A DNA stretch of 64,000 nt from Blasia pusilla (lineage: Eukaryota), in the NCBI GenBank assembly GCA_050084515.1, contig CM114271.1:8184001-8248000 (forward strand). Direction: 5' to 3'. Numbering within the stretch: the stretch's first letter is position 1; every line of letters starts with the position of its first letter. The notes below the pieces were generated by a model that was not told the DNA's origin, did no database searches, and saw nothing but the letters and a program-made list of their open reading frames with translations. Shown here piece by piece: positions 36,501 through 49,053 of the stretch. The position numbers were made by a program, and so were the translations under genes.

Positions 36501-39500
36501 CTATGCTTCATCTCCCTGATTCAGAAAGGATATGGGATTCTATCCAATGCCACTTGAAAAAAATCAACAAGATCTCCGCACAGGAATGCTAGGTGCACAA
36601 ACCTAATTCCACAGTCTTCAAACAGAACAACTACTGAAATAAATGATAGAAAGACTGCAACATCCTCCTCCAATACTGTTTCAAGACCAGACTTAACCTT
36701 AAAATCCAAGCTTACCTGCACAGCAGAGTTGTAATCATCAGCTGCCCTTAATAGCTCTACTAGCCCCACAGCAACTACCAGTGCATCTGGAGACCAAGTA
36801 GGAGGAGCTTCCAGAAGGCCAAACAATAGTCTCTGTGTTGCTCCTGGCGTTGCAACAGCATAATATCTGGAACCTCATTCGAAAGTGTATCAGACCAACA
36901 GATGCCAGAACCACAGCACAATGATCTCAAAGCTGAAGCTAGCACACACAGCAAAGCTCTACAAAAGTCTGAAATTTCATAGTAAGAACCTGCCTGTGAA
37001 ACAGATGCGCGTACGGTTCCAAAAGAGGCAGCCCAGACACCATCAGATGCTCATTTGGAGCTGTTGGAGGAGGAATCAAAAGAGCAGGAACAGCTGCTGC
37101 AGTCAAATCTGCTGTCTCGTGGCGGGCTACTTCATCATCACAAACACTCAAGATAACTGCAGCACCATTGGCCACAGCCCATCTCGGTGTTGATGGTAAG
37201 AGCTGCGGTTGTTTCCCTTGACTCTGTCCTCCAACTGTTATCATGAAACACAGAACAATCATTCTTTGTAACACATTTACTCACCCCAATTGGTCCCAAA
37301 CAATTTCACAGGGTGCCACCTTCATTTTACTTGAACTGCAAAGCATGCGTTCGGTAACTAGCTTGTACCAAAATAAAATATGGCCATACTTCAGTCATAC
37401 AAATGACATTCATCACAACTGACTTTGAGGATCTAATATTTCCCAGTGATGTCTGACACACCTTCACCAGATTGGAACACTTGGTAAACCCACAGATCTT
37501 TAATGTGACAACATGCACTAACAAAATATTGTGTGTACCTGTCGTTGGAGGCCTCAGCTCTTCTCCAGCAGCATACTCACCCATTACACCACCACACCTT
37601 CACAAAACCCAAGCCATACATTACAGGTTAGATTTAATGCATGTCTTCTAGAAAATTTGGTGATTGAAATGGACCACCATGCAAAGCCAACAGAACACTA
37701 ACACCACAATCAATCCAAGCATTGAAGTGAAGATCAACCAAATCTTCTGCTCTTGAACTTTCACACACCATTGAAAGTAGTCACTACGTATAGATGGAGG
37801 CGCAGCAAGAAGACTGTCTGTGATCCAAGGAGTGAGCAGCCTCGTGGGCGACCTTTCCTGTTTTTCCCAGCCAGGTCCCTCCTGGTAACCCTTCCCCGGA
37901 CCATCTCCACTGGTGCTAGGACTGTGATTACTTCCTGAGGGTTGCCCATTGTCACTCTTGAAGGTGGGACGATTGTAGTGAGTCAGAACTCTTAAAATTT
38001 CTGCACAAGCATGGGCCCACTGCTCTGAAAACTCCCTCTGCAAAGATAGCAATAACAGGCAGCTTTTAATAAAGAACCTCATAAAGTTCTTCAACACACT
38101 CATCTCTAATCCCTAGATGAATCAGATAATCCGAGGTACATAAGTAATCTACAGCAAGATCTAGGAGTGAGAGTGACCCAAACAGAAGAGAGAGCACTAC
38201 AGAGATCTAAGTAAGAAATAATTGTCAAATGAAGTGCTACAATTGATGCTGCAAGCTTCATAAGTACTCTCTACTTTTAAAACAAAACCCATCTATTCAG
38301 TGACATGTACTCATCAGTGTTTCAAACTAGACGCTGGTTATCAGAATCAACCTAGCTACTTATTAAAGTCGCCTAGGATATCAATATTGCCATACATCTT
38401 GTCCAACTTTCCTGTTTTTTTCCATGGACTGATTACAACTTCCATGCACATAATGATGAAACTAAAGAGGTTAGAGGTAAGAGATCAAGACATAAGTAGA
38501 GAGACCCCTGAAGTGGAGCTCTGCCTGAATTTCTTTAGTAGGAGCTGTCATTGGGGGTTGGACAACCATGGGTCCCAGGTACTGCATAGTTCCCTTCATG
38601 TACTTTAAACTCAAATCAGATTTTCTACATGTAGCAAAAACGTGGATCATGTTTGGCATCCACTTCCCAGCATAACCATGTGCCCTAGTTCGACAATCTA
38701 AGTAACTGATACAGGTGCAGGGGTGAATAAGTGCAATAAAAGAGGAGGAAGGCCTCCTGCTGTAGTGAGAGACAGTACACCAAGAAGGGCATAAAGTAGC
38801 TTGCTATTTCCACTCAGCTGAATGCTCAACCTTGACTGACACACATGCATATGTAACAACTTCACAATTTGAACTTCCCCCCAAAGTAGACATCAAAGCA
38901 CTCAGGAAGATAAGTGGTTCAAGGAGTTCAATGCTAACCCTTTGGACTCTTCCTTAAGAAATTTATAGTTAGTAAGCTTATTAACTTTACTGAGACCTTG
39001 TTTTCCACAAATGCCTACTTAAGAAATGTCAAATACTTCTCATACTTTTTGTATAATTTCATTCAAATTTTGAGTACCATTTCCCTTATCCTTTGTTTCA
39101 TAAATTTTAGGAAATAAGAACTTTTGGCATGGTATCCTTTATCATCGAGTTCGATGCTACAGCAATCTCTACAGAGTCCAATCTTCTCTTTACGTGGGCA
39201 GAAACTTTCTTCATTCCCACTCTAGTCCAGGCAGTCTTTGAAGCTTCCTAGCCATCATAAAATACTGAAAGGCTTGTCCAGTTGATCCCTCAACATTCCT
39301 AAAGTATCTTCTTCTCAAGTATCCCTTTCCTGTGGTCTACCAGAGTCAGGTAATAAGCACTCTGCCCTGAGCCCTGTAAGGATCCCATAAGAGAGAGATA
39401 TGGCCATTGTGCAACCATTATGACAGACTCTTGCAAAAATCTTATAGCACACTTTCAATTAACACTTTGGAAGTACTATCTGCGATCACAGTACCAGTTC

Positions 39501-42500
39501 TTCCAACAATCAAGAGAACTGCCTTTAAAGCTTCAAAGACTCTTGCAGATGGTACTCACGAAGTAGTGTCAGTCTTATACATGCAGCATTAAACTTAGAG
39601 CTTGAATCTCTTCCAGAGAACAGAAATCCGTCTCAAACTTCGCTACTAAAACGTTTTTGAATCACAGTGGAACTGCCTCACATGCCAGTTTTAAAATCAG
39701 TGCATGATATTACAGATCATCCAGTGCTTTCCTGCAATCTCTTTTTACGTGGAAAGTTTAAGTATGCCTATATCACAATCTGGCCACAGGTTGATCAGCC
39801 CCATAGTGACAGTCATAAGTTCCATGACCATAGACTGTTCAGACATGCACGGATATCAGACTGTGCCAGGACCCAAGAAATTATAGCAGAACATAGGTAG
39901 GCCCACCTCAGAGGCCCATGGTGTCATGGGACAATAAATCCTCTAGACATTCTACTCAAGGTCACAATTCTGGATAGAAATTTAGTTATTTGAACCTGCC
40001 CCCTGAAGGATATTGCAGCACTCACAACTTAGAGGCAACTTGTTTAGTTTGGGATTGTATTTTATATACAGTGCCTCTCCATCCACCCAGGAGAGCACAT
40101 AGGTTTGACTTCACTTCCCAGACCAGGCCCCTCAATTCAGACTTACCTGACCTTCACAGGATAATTCTGTTTTTGATATAAAACAATATCTACATGCAGT
40201 GCATCTTCATAAACCCGGAAGAGCACAGAGCCTCCAGCTCCACCCCACATAATTTAGGTTTATGTGGACTACCCATCGGAGACAAGCTGTAAAAGTCTTC
40301 TCGGCACATCTATCGAGTAATCCAACACTGAAGTGGAACTCTCAATGTTCACTCTGGTATGTCCTCTGGATGTGAATAAGATCCCAGTGGTGTTGTAAGA
40401 ACTCTACCAGCAACCTACTGATATAAAAACTAAGCTATTTGACCCTAATTCCTACTGGAAATGAAAGCACTCACAGTCAGGGTGGCACCCTGGAATAGTT
40501 CAGATACCCTTCAAAGTATTCTCAGAGACTGTACTCATTAAGTACCAGCCGTAGCCTTGTAACCATAGACACATAGATAGCATCTTGAGTAGGTGAAATT
40601 TGGGTTCACGTCCAGGACAGTGTGTAGACTAGCAAAGTATGAGACATACCTCAGTGGATGGGCTGAACAAAGACACGAACGATCCAAATGGAGGAGTCTG
40701 CTTATTGTATATCACAGTGCCATCAATCACGCAAGAGAGCAGTGCATGAAGAATAGCATGTCCATGTTCCGGGTGGTGAAGAACAAAAGTTGCTGCAAAA
40801 TATCCAAACCACAAAATAACACATAGCAGCAACCCAATTAGGAAAACATGGCCCCACCCAGATATCCCATCTGTTGCACTACTACCAGAAAGCTTACCAA
40901 TAAAACAATTACAAGCTGAACATTCTGAATAGAGCACATTCACACTAAAACTTGGGGAAAAGTGGAATGCACTTACCCAGGACATCATCGAGAAGACAAT
41001 GCTCATTACTTGGATAGTGGCCACGTACTAGCTGCAAAAGCGAAAAATATTGGAAGCAAGTGAGTGACCACCCACAGAGGAGCAGTCGATCAAACTTCTT
41101 CAAGTTTTGTAATGCTGGCTAAATCAAGTGTCAAGAATGCCAACTGACAATTCTGAGGCAGTAGCCCCAAATGTGGACTCAGAGATTCATCTGAGCACTC
41201 AAACTTGAACTCAGAAGCATGGCTAAAAGGAACACACCTCCCCAATATCATCCACAAATGAATCGGATGCAGACTGTCCAAAAAGCTCCACATAAGCCAA
41301 TATTTCATTCTGTGTCAAAAGCCATTAGTACACATTCAACATCAGTACTTATTCTAAACCTTATGTACCAAAACTCAGCTATTTGTTACTTGCACAGAAG
41401 ACTTGCTCCATGCCATGAAGGACAAAAGGCACATTATCAGGACATGTGTTACTTGAAACAACTTCAAAGTTTGAAAGGAGGTGGAAGTATAAGTATTAAG
41501 GTCATGATGACTTATGCTAGAAGAATGTCTGGCTTGACCTTCATCAAAAGCAATAAGACATCTTAACTTGAACTTTGGCATTATGGACATTATCTCAATA
41601 CACATACACAGCTGATCTCTTGACAACTTCACAACAGCATATGCATGATTATAAAAGATCCCACTAAAATGGTTCACCAGTCAGTGGTCGTTCCACTGAC
41701 TGATAAACCTGCCATGAGAAGATTTTTTTATGGGACATAAAGAAAAAGGTTGGAAGGCCATGTAAATGTATGCTAATGAATTGGTCAAAGTTGAATCCTT
41801 GGACTAGAAATCTGTAGTATGCAAGAGTGAGCAAAAGGGTATCATAACCAGGAGTTTCTAAGATACAGGAAGCTATGTTCCAATACACCTGACTCAAGAA
41901 CTACACCAAGAATAGATCTTCAAAACATCAGACTTCTGTAGGATTAGGAATCTTCTGTTGGGTATTAGCCATTGAAAACATGAACAAAAACCTCTATTGG
42001 ATAGCAAATAACATATCACATTCACGAAACCTCTCTCTGGAATTGGTAAAACTTGGGAGGAAACTGTGAGGCTGGAGAGGTTCATGAGGTCAAATTGGCA
42101 AAATAATTCAATACGCTGCATATCTCCTGGTATCTCCTGTACCAGGAGATACAAGTTGTCCCAAACATAATCACCCAAGTCTGGAATGTTGAAGCTTTTC
42201 AAAGACATTCCTGTAATAAAAATCGCTGTTTACTCACAGACTCCACAGCAAAGCTCCCGAATTACCAGAATTATCAACATGCTTTAATAAGTTGCAATAC
42301 ACTTGGAAAAGGTACCTACTTCAATAAGATGGGGAGCACAGGAGCTACAAGTTGTCTCAATCTCATAAACAATCACTTAGGTCTAGATGGAAATTTCCAA
42401 CCACATTACTGCAAAAAGCTTCAATCTTCCCTTGTAACTTCTCCTATGCACGTACTGTAATTCCAAAAGTGCAACATGCGAATTTCCGCAACTTCACCTG

Positions 42501-44816
42501 GCATTTCCTACGCATGATCCCAAGAGGTATGGCAATTCCTCTAAAGCCATCAACCACATGGTTCATCCATGACCACTCTTGGACTCTTAATCTCGGATAT
42601 GAAATCAACAAAGAAGTTATCTCTGAGGAGAATGATTAAAAATCATTGGACGTCTTGCTTACACACTACAGTTTTACTCCCCGATGAGGCGATAACTGTG
42701 TGCTCAGACTGACTGAAACCGGCTGCCAGGTACAAGTTTGAAAAACTGAAATTGAACAAGTTCATGCATCAGAGAAACATGGAGACCTGTGCATGAATGT
42801 TAGCAAGAGCTTTAACAAGGATGGCAATCTAACTTGTTAAGCTCAAACGCCTTCTTTGCCAAGGACTTGCTTAGCATTTCCAAGGAACTTGAGTAGCCTT
42901 GCTCTTCTTTACATAGAGGTTATTGTAAGCCTCCATTTCTGAGAGTCAGGTGTCATGAATTTTTCACATTCTGATCAATGACCATTCGTCGTAAGTATCT
43001 ACATCAATATTACCCTTTTGACAGTTAAAATCTTAACCACCTCAACGGCTTGACAGAGGGTTTAAGGCCCAATGTAATTAGACAGGGCATTTCCAATACC
43101 CAATAAAAACAAAAGAACTATTACACACAGTTCCAAAGAAATAACAGACCATGTCCAAATCATGGCATCCCAAGATAAATCCATATGAGGATTAAGAGAC
43201 ATTAACACAACTGTGCTCACCGATAATTTTTTAATAAAGCTGAGAGAAAAGCGGTGATATGATTAAACTCTGAAGGAAAAGAAATCTTTCAAACCGGAGG
43301 TTTCGGACACTGATGACAACAGATGATCAAGATTATTTTTTTTTCAAATTGAGCCACATAGGAATGTCATAGTCAACATCTCCATACACAAAGTTTGATA
43401 TGACATTGGAGGGTTGAGATATTGAAACAGGGAGTGTTGATAGACCCCTTAAGCAAACAAGATAATTGCTTCTGCTTCCTTTCTTCAAGTCAGAACCAGT
43501 GCAACAAGACCTCCACAAGGCTACTTCATGACATTAGTGAGATTTATACTACCCTTCAATAACAAGAGTAAACCTTCACGAAATCAGAAGTTTGCATAAT
43601 CTTTAGGGTCGCACTGTGAATAATACTTCTGCACATGCACTCATCTTGATGGTTAACACATAGTTGAATCTCAGTTGCAAGTCTTGTTGAAGCCTTCATT
43701 CTGTTTGATACCAGTTAAACTGGGTGATATTTCACAGGGTGGGACGTCCAGACAGCTCTAAATGTAAACAAAACTGACGGAGCAACAGTGCTTGTAAGAT
43801 CTTAAAGCGCTCAAAATATAATCAGGGCAACTATGCAGTGACCCCAAATCGTATACAGTTATCCATCTCAGGGTCCACAATCTGCATGTTGGATCATTCC
43901 GCCACGAATCATGAGCGTGTAATACCCGTCCGATAAAAAAATATCAGTCGACCGAAAACGAGACACTAGAATAGAGACGTAAGATACGTATAGAGCATGC
44001 TGTTCGGTAGCTTTCCCACCTCCTGGGATCCGCTGCGAATACTGACAGAAGGTCTAAATGTGGTACATGGCCTGCCCAGCAATTATTTAGCAAAGGAGTT
44101 GGAACACCAGGCACACGTCGCCACTGCAGACAAAACCATAGCTGAAGGATTCAGCAGCACATCAGGTCACCACTTGCGATCAAGTACACCGGCACTACAC
44201 CCTCTATGACTAAACATGACGCCACAACACCATGAACGGACGTTACGCTCTTCAAGGCGTTCGTCGATGCTAGTCAACGTCAGATCATGCGTCACCTTCC
44301 GATCATGGAGCGGAACTCGACACCAGGTCCCTCCTGGAGATCTTCATGATCCAAATACATTGCACAAAGTCTCAGAAAAGACACACTCCTCGAACAAGGC
44401 CTTAAATGCCCGGCGACTTCCGAACGAATACCAGCATCAATTTGGCCCGGGCTACTTGGGCGTGGGTGCTGACTTGCCTATTACAGGTAACTGGAATAAC
44501 TTCACTCTGGCCTAACCAGTTCGTGAAAACATCTCTCACTGGACAAGACATGTCTCGCAGTCCGTTCTCGGACACTCTGGACTTGCATTACGTAATTACC
44601 CAGAAACTTGAAGGAGTCTTTTTATCTTCCAACTTGAGGAAGAGGAAGTCACTGAAGGACGACGTTGGCTTCGACAACACAAAGAAGGCCCCGGCCACGG
44701 GCTTCCAAACTGTGTAGAACTCATCATACCTGTTTCCGTGAGGCACTTTCGGGCGGCGGCCGATACAGCGGAGTCGATTGAAGGCCAGGAAGCCATTTCT
44801 GCCTGGGTGCTGACAT
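30502..44816 (-). CDS. GI: GIGANTEA, 14 coding exons (44816-44730, 41309-41238, 41031-40977, 40792-40650, 38037-37769, 37597-37539, 37234-36994, 36866-36716, 36247-36035, 35753-34161, 33955-33887, 33632-33411, 33171-33079, 30822-30502), ~1195 aa
   Basis: Diagnostic GI peptides: AYVELFGQ, FVLHHPEHGHA, SEQWAHACAEILRVLTHYNRP, STPRWAVANGAAVILSVCDDEVAR, ATFDSYVIAAVCALACEVQL, ATDGMTLDGESCKLPQLE, RLPATVRCLSH. All exon phases are consistent. Confidence 0.95.
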
Positions 44817-45719
44817 AGGGCCAATCGCTTGAACACTTCAACGTTCTCGCTCCCCCTCTCCCTCTCTCTATCTCTCTGTCTCTCTGTCGCGTCGACCGCA
44901 CAAAAACTAAGCACTTCACCAAATACCAATGTCCAACAAGCTGTGCACCTGTAATCCCCGCGCGCTTACACTGAACCACTACATAGACCTGAACCGAAAT
45001 CTCCACATTGCGCTCCTCAAAACGATCCACGAAACAATCCAAGACTCGACCCCTTGCTCAATCCCAAGGCCTGCCCAAGCGGACATCTTAAGATCCACCA
45101 AGCATCAAGCTCCTGGCTCCTTTCCTACATCCTCCTCTTCCTTCTCCCCAACATACAACCTGTGAACCTCACGTACCTAGCCCCTACGCCAACCTTCCGC
45201 AATGCTCAAATTCTCCCTGCGTCCAAAACTCACGAGAACACCCGAACGACCGCGCAACCTCCGCAACACAACGCCCCCCGATCCCTCTCTTTTGCTCCAT
45301 TGCCTGCACCCTTCGACCAACCAAACCATAATCTGTCTCCTGGATGCACCCGACCCACACACGCCCGAGGTTGATCTGGAAGAAAATACAAACCGGCCGC
45401 TGCTCTTCGCCGCTTCAACCTTCCTCTTCGTCAAATCCCTAAGACCCTTAACTCTTCGGTGCTGTGCTCGCCTTCCGTGTCTAGCATGGCGTGGCAGTGA
45501 GAGAGGCGCGGTGTTGCCGCTGCATCGCAGGAGGAAGACGAGAGCGTCGGAGCGAATAACCCCAACAAGGCTTTGGCAGGCACTGGCAGCGGTGCCAATG
45601 TGGCAGGGGCGAGGCGGACGTAGAAAGTGGTGATGATGAGCTGGCTGACACGAAACGACGAGCTACATGTGCTACTCATTTTAGATAGGACTGATGAGAA
45701 GATCTAGATGGAGCATCGG

Positions 45720-46100
45720 CGAACTGCACCGCGACACGCGTTCATGATTTCGTGACGTGTCTCCCTACCCATCCAGATATTGATTAGATGCGGTTTGGCA
45801 CCCACCTCAGCTTGTCAAACTGCCTCACCCGCTTGGCATTCTCTGCAGATATCTCGGCCGCGATCCCCTGTGACTCCCCTCTGTCACGAGAATTCTTCAC
45901 TAGGTTGTGATTGGATCCCATCCCTGTGACCTGTGACGACACCTCCCCACAAAATTCTTAACTAGCCCGTCATTGGATACGATCTCTGTGACTGTTCCCC
46001 ACGCACAAACAAGCCTCCCAACTAATCCGACGTGACCATGCAATACACCATGACGACGCTGACCGATACACAGAATATTCGGAGCATAACTACAGAAACG
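45720..46100 (-). promoter_or_regulatory. Putative GI promoter with evening-element core, CCAAT, ACGTG and GATACG motifs
   Basis: AATATCT at 45775-45781 (-), CCAAT x2 in a duplicated ~65-bp block, TGACGTG, and GATACG at 45976. A putative 5'UTR intron donor lies at 45176. Confidence 0.4.
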
Positions 46101-48894
46101 AGCGAGTATTCACAAAGGCGGCTGAAAGGCCTCCCGTAACACTCTCCTGTATCGAACTTCTGTCCTTACAACCGAGAGACACTCGCTACAGAGACACGTT
46201 CATGATCTCCCTTTGTCCTTACTGAACGGAGAGGGGAGGAGTAGCAGTCGCCAATCGCAATTCCTGTCCTGCCGTGGGTGTGCAATAGCGCTACCAGCAG
46301 CATTGTCGTCGGTTCGAAGGAGTGCAGAGGTGAATTCGACGACAACACTTTTGGATGGATGATCTATTTTCTTTTCTACGGAAGGTATGAGTGCTTCTCT
46401 GTCTGGACGACTGGCGATTTCACGGGATTGTTGCAACCGTGAAAATTGATTTTGCTGTAAAGCTTGTTCGTGTGGGAGAAGAATGAAGACCTAATGAGAG
46501 AGCGATAGCAATGCATTCGAGTCCAACCGTTGTACTACTAGATGCATCTTCGAATCCTTCACCTCCTTGTAACAGAGAGCATTGACGATGAATGGCAAAG
46601 GATGGCTGAATGACTAGAGCGTCTTGGGATCTCTCCTCACAGAAAATCAATATGCTGGTCTAGTATGTGATTTACTGTAAGCAGCAGTCATCTCGGAAGG
46701 AATTGAGTTCCACAAAGAAGAGAAGTTGCGGTCTTGAACACCCGTTTTGATCTGAACGAAATTTAGGTTTATCAAATAGAGGAGGTCTTGCCCTTAATAA
46801 TTGGCACTGCTGACAACCGTGTAGAGTTTGGCCTGACCATCGACTAACATCCAACGTCTCGGGAGACGCGGGTGCTCTGGCTGCCCCTCCCGTTCTTCGA
46901 CTGGCTATCAAATCTCTTGTCAATCCGAGACACTTCCCTGCCCATCGTGTTCTCTTCCCTGGTGGATTCGATTTTCTTTCACGGTACTAAGCATGATCCG
47001 CCGAAGATAACCACACCAGCTTCCGATCCTGAAATGAAAAATTTAGTAGGATGGAATCTGAAGTTCAAAATCTATTCGTCAGGATTCCAAGAAATGATTG
47101 TCGAAATCCGTGGAATCAGTCAAAGCAACCGGCTTGGGACTGGGAAATCGGACAGGTCAAAGAGCTTGCTAGTTCGTCGAAGCGATCCAACTTCCTCGCC
47201 ATTTCCACCAGTTTTCAAGTTGTATGTGTGGACAACTGTTGTCACGATGAGGTGTTGGTCTTTTGAGAATTAACACCAGTTTTTTGTCTGGGTTTCAAAT
47301 ATTTATGAATGTGCTACAGCAGGTTTAAATTACCCTTCATTGAAATGTGAGCCATTCCCAATTGCGGTTTTTCGTTTTGTAGATTTAAAACACTGGACCC
47401 TCTACTCTAATCCCCACTGTTTTCTGTAGTACCGAGTATGAGTACTTTTTCTCCAGGATCCTGAACCAAGTTTGCATGAAGCTACCAATGCCGAGAACTT
47501 ACAGCTCAATGGGCTTATCTTTAGGCCCATTTCAGACACCGATCAATAACTAGATTCTGAGACGAGCTTCACAAATCAAATTTCCAGTTCCACCGTTGAA
47601 AAATTGCAAGCTTACATATCAGCTATGAGAAGCGTTCCCACAGTCAAATTTAATTGCTCTTGGTAACAAGTTAGCAACTATGCATATGGGCAACATGACA
47701 GGCCAATGGGACAAAGGGATGAGATCTACCTATAGTCAGTTTCTGCTACTCATGCCAATGTTTGAAGCACCTATTTGGCAGTCTGTCTACCTCTTCTGAT
47801 GTTTGACATTCCTCTATAGACTCAGGACGTTCGAGACTGAGCAAGGAAAACAGCGCGGAGTGGCTACACGTGAGAGCATACACATTTTCTGCAATAGTTT
47901 TTTGTCGACATGGATCAAACTCCATCTCAAGTCTCAAGAAAGTGTCTCTTGAGGCTCAAGTGTGTTAAATTTTGTGTAGAGTAGGACTCCGTTGGAGATC
48001 ACGCATTCCTACGAGGCTGGAGGATTATACTAGTCAACCATGTGACGTGGTTATCTAAGAGCATCCCACTACAAAAAGTGGGGAGTAGGAGCGAAAATGT
48101 GACCGTACTAGACACTCTAAATAACAATGTAAAATGAGAGAGGCCATGGAACTTCGCTTGTATATGGAGCCAGGTAGATTTTACGAGGGATGGGTCCATG
48201 TAAAGAAGAACTAGTCCTTATGTTCGGGAGATGCAAGTTGAAAGCAATCAATCATCGAGTTGGTGTGTGATGCGAGGTCAAACTAATCCTTTAATCAACC
48301 AATCATCGGGTCGGCATGCTTATCCAAAGCAGCATCATAACATTCTTATCGTCAATCATACAATTTTTTATACATCGTGAGAAAATAATCATACAATTTT
48401 TTATAACCCATGAGCATTTTCTGCGTTGGATAATTGGGATTAGTCTCAAAGACAGAAATCTGGAAAAGGATTCATTACAAAATTTCCTCCCATGGATTTA
48501 GATTCAACCTTCCTTCCCCAAAAGAACCACCTCCTAAACCACTACCTCATGGTTAAAATCTACCTACTCATTTGGCCGTCCCTAATACTAAGTTACAATT
48601 TAAATTCATGGTGGTCCATAAAGATAAGTTATCATAAATTTCTTTGGAAAAAGAAGGAAAAATATCCATCAAGACGAATACAATTGAACTCGCTAAATTA
48701 TCATTGACTTACATGGTGGTCCATAAAGTTAATCTATCAAGAATTTGAATAAAAAAGAAGAAAAATGTGCATGAAACCCAACACCATTGAGGCACTATAT
48801 GTTGGAAGATAAATTTATTTTAATAAATTTTTGAATACTAGATTTCTTAACCAGTGTGCGGCCTCTACGATGGGTGAAGAGAATAATTAATACA

Positions 48895-49021
48895 TAGAAG
48901 TTCCTCTCATATTTTTTCCCTCTACAAGTTCCTCTCATATTTATATGGCCTCTACAAGTTCCTCTCATATTTTTTCCCATGAAAAAATATGAGAGGAACT
49001 TGTAGAGGCCGTAATCACTAG
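48895..49021. repeat. Tandem CTACAAGTTCCTCTCATAT repeats and a 30-bp-stem hairpin next to the duplication junction
   Basis: GGCCTCTACAAGTTCCTCTCATATTTTTTC-CCAT-GAAAAAATATGAGAGGAACTTGTAGAGGCC (48947-49010), then CACTAG. Confidence 0.8.
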
Positions 49022-49053
49022 AAAATATTTATTTTTTTACAAAGAGTGCTTAC

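Noticed and set aside
41660-42215. Exon-like segments and small hairpins in GI intron 1
   Set aside because: No GI homology, and exon 1 joins exon 2 in frame without them. They cannot be supported without RNA data.
44596-45042. ORF containing MASWPSID as the GI start
   Set aside because: The GI-homologous frame is MSAPRQKWLPGLQSTPLYRPPP from ATG 44816, spliced at 44730.
46166-47273. Separate gene upstream of GI
   Set aside because: Only short ORFs with no recognisable domain.
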